A stretch of DNA of 63,733 nt, counting the filler, from Craspedostauros australis (Eukaryota): assembly GCA_030167865.1 (NCBI GenBank). It is 10 parts of 10 records of this genome, joined end to end, with 100 filler letters (N's around TTAATTAATTAA, not from the genome) between each part and the next. Parts side by side here need not be neighbours in the genome. Positions count along the whole stretch, not along the records: positions 62,229 to 63,733 come from JALAGF010003864.1; 9 more parts are not named here. One strand, 5' to 3'. Positions within the stretch are counted from its first letter, which is position 1; each line of letters begins with the position of its first letter. Position numbers and translations under genes: made by a program. Under the pieces are notes generated by a model, which made no database searches, was not told where the DNA came from, and was given only the letters and a program-made list of their open reading frames with translations. Shown piece after piece: positions 62,129 to 63,733 of the stretch.

Positions 62129-62364
62129 NNNNNNNNNNNNNNNNNNNNNNNNNNNNNNNNNNNNNNNNNNNNTTAATTAATTAANNNNNNNNNNNNNNNN
62201 NNNNNNNNNNNNNNNNNNNNNNNNNNNNAAGTCACCTCTCGTAGCGCTATTCTACTGCAGGTCCAGGACACGACAACACATTGCAATCCACAATCTCGTC
62301 TCCAGGCCCCACAAACAATCAAGTGTACCTATTCAACGACTGGTCAAACCAACTGGACGGAATC

Positions 62365-63733
62365 ATGGTCGCCACAGCAACAACTCGCTCAAGAGCGAGA
62401 CAATCCAGCACCGCAGCCAACACAGCTGCCAACACGAGCGCCGCACCCAACACAGCTGCAGGCCGAGGCACTGCGGGCAATCAAGCCGCAGCCAGCAACC
62501 AACCGTCCAACCCAGGCGACAACAACCCAAACGCCATGGCAACCAACCAAGGCAACCTGAAGCCACCCGCTCAGAACGTTCCACAGGGCAACACCAACCC
62601 AGGAGGCAACGGCGGCGGGGACGGCGGAGGAGATGGCGGAGGCGGGGGCGACCCGTACGAAGAGGACGATCCCTTCTTCGACAACTTCGGAGGAGACGGT
62701 GGGGGCGACGATGAGGACGATGAAGAGGACGATGAAGAGGTAGTGGATGCACAGCCTGCATTCCAGTACGCTTTGACGCCAGCTCGCATCCACAATCGGC
62801 TGCTCGACTACAGCAAGACATCTGTGGCGAAGCTGTACTACAAGGCCGTCGAGTCACTCCCAGTGGAGTTCGACATGACCTCGAACCTTGTACACAAGTT
62901 CACCAATCTCCTCAACGCCCGAGCAATGGAGTTCAACTGGCTCCAAACCATCATCATCAACATCCGCGGCGAAAAGCGAAACCTGTTCCTCGAACATAGC
63001 ACAATCAGCTACAAGGAGGTTCTGGCATACGCCGAAGGATACTCTAGCCGACAGACCAGGCACGCCCAGAACGCAATGCAGATCGCAAAATGCATTCAGG
63101 AGTCCCTCACGCAAGACGCAAGGTCCCGCATGCAGCTGGAGTCAGAGAAGTACTCCCTGAGCACAGCCGAAGGAAAAGTCCATGATGGTCTGTTGATGTT
63201 CAAGGTCCTGATGGAGAAGTCATTGGTCAACACCAACGCAACCATCAGCATGCTGCGAAGCAACCTGGCCAACCTGCCAAGCAAGATCGGCGATCTCTCG
63301 GACAACATCACCGAACTCAACGAGTATGCAAAATTGCAACGCAACGGATTGACGGCACGTGGACAAGTCACCCACGACCTGCTGATCTACCTCTTCGACG
63401 CCTACAAGCAGGTGAACGATGAGACCTTCCGCCGGTACATCGAAAGCAAGGAGGACCAGCACAACGAAGGGATCGCGATTGACGCCGACGAACTCATGGA
63501 TCTGGTAGACAAGAAATACAAGACCATGGTGGAGCGCGGAACGTGGAAGGCCCAGACAGAGGACCAGAAACACATCGTGGCGCTGACGGCAGAACTCGAG
63601 AAGATGAAGAAAGCCAACAAGGGCGGCAACGGAAAGAAGGGCAAGGACAGCAAGGACGGCAAGGGCAAGAAGGGCAAGAAGGGCAAAGAGAAGGACGGAA
63701 AGAAAGGAGGATCTGGGGACACCCCATGGTTCT
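62365..63733 (+). mobile_element. Gag-like ORF of a diatom copia (CoDi-type) LTR retrotransposon, 3'-partial
   Basis: Not in the ORF track because it is open to the window end. MVATATTRSR, a Gly/Asp-rich stretch, YALTPARIHNRLLDYSKTSVAKLYYKA, DGLLMFK, LFDAYKQVNDETFRRYI, YKTMVERGTW and a K/G-rich basic tail, a pattern I recognise from diatom copia Gag proteins. Confidence 0.7.

Overview
This is eukaryotic nuclear DNA, almost certainly from a diatom: there are ASAF-type bipartite plastid presequences, GT-AG introns, diatom-type copia elements and class C GPCRs. The window is not one contiguous locus. It is ten contigs joined by artificial 100-nt linkers (N44-TTAATTAATTAA-N44), and two pairs of contigs are allelic haplotigs. 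Contig 1 (1-19647) holds an ankyrin protein, a thylakoid-lumen-targeted protein made of six ~35-aa repeats, a polyprenol/DAG-kinase-family protein, a plastid RimP-like protein, a head-to-head pair of lumenal FKBPs, a TPR protein, tRNA-Thr(UGU) and a RING-H2 ligase. Contig 2 (19748-39249) holds the end of a Patched/NPC1-like gene, a TrhO/UPF0176 rhodanese with a MIB/HERC2-like tail, a large disordered protein, a GST, a TPR protein, two NRT2 transporters and an mS26-like mitochondrial protein. The small contigs hold two Patched alleles, two secreted-protein/methyltransferase alleles, GABA-B-like GPCR fragments, two LTR retrotransposon pieces and an MCM3 pseudogene fragment. The most striking candidate for something undescribed is the lumenal tandem-peptide protein at 2423-3262, which may be a polyprotein or a multivalent linker. 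All family assignments come from motif recognition by eye; no database search was run.
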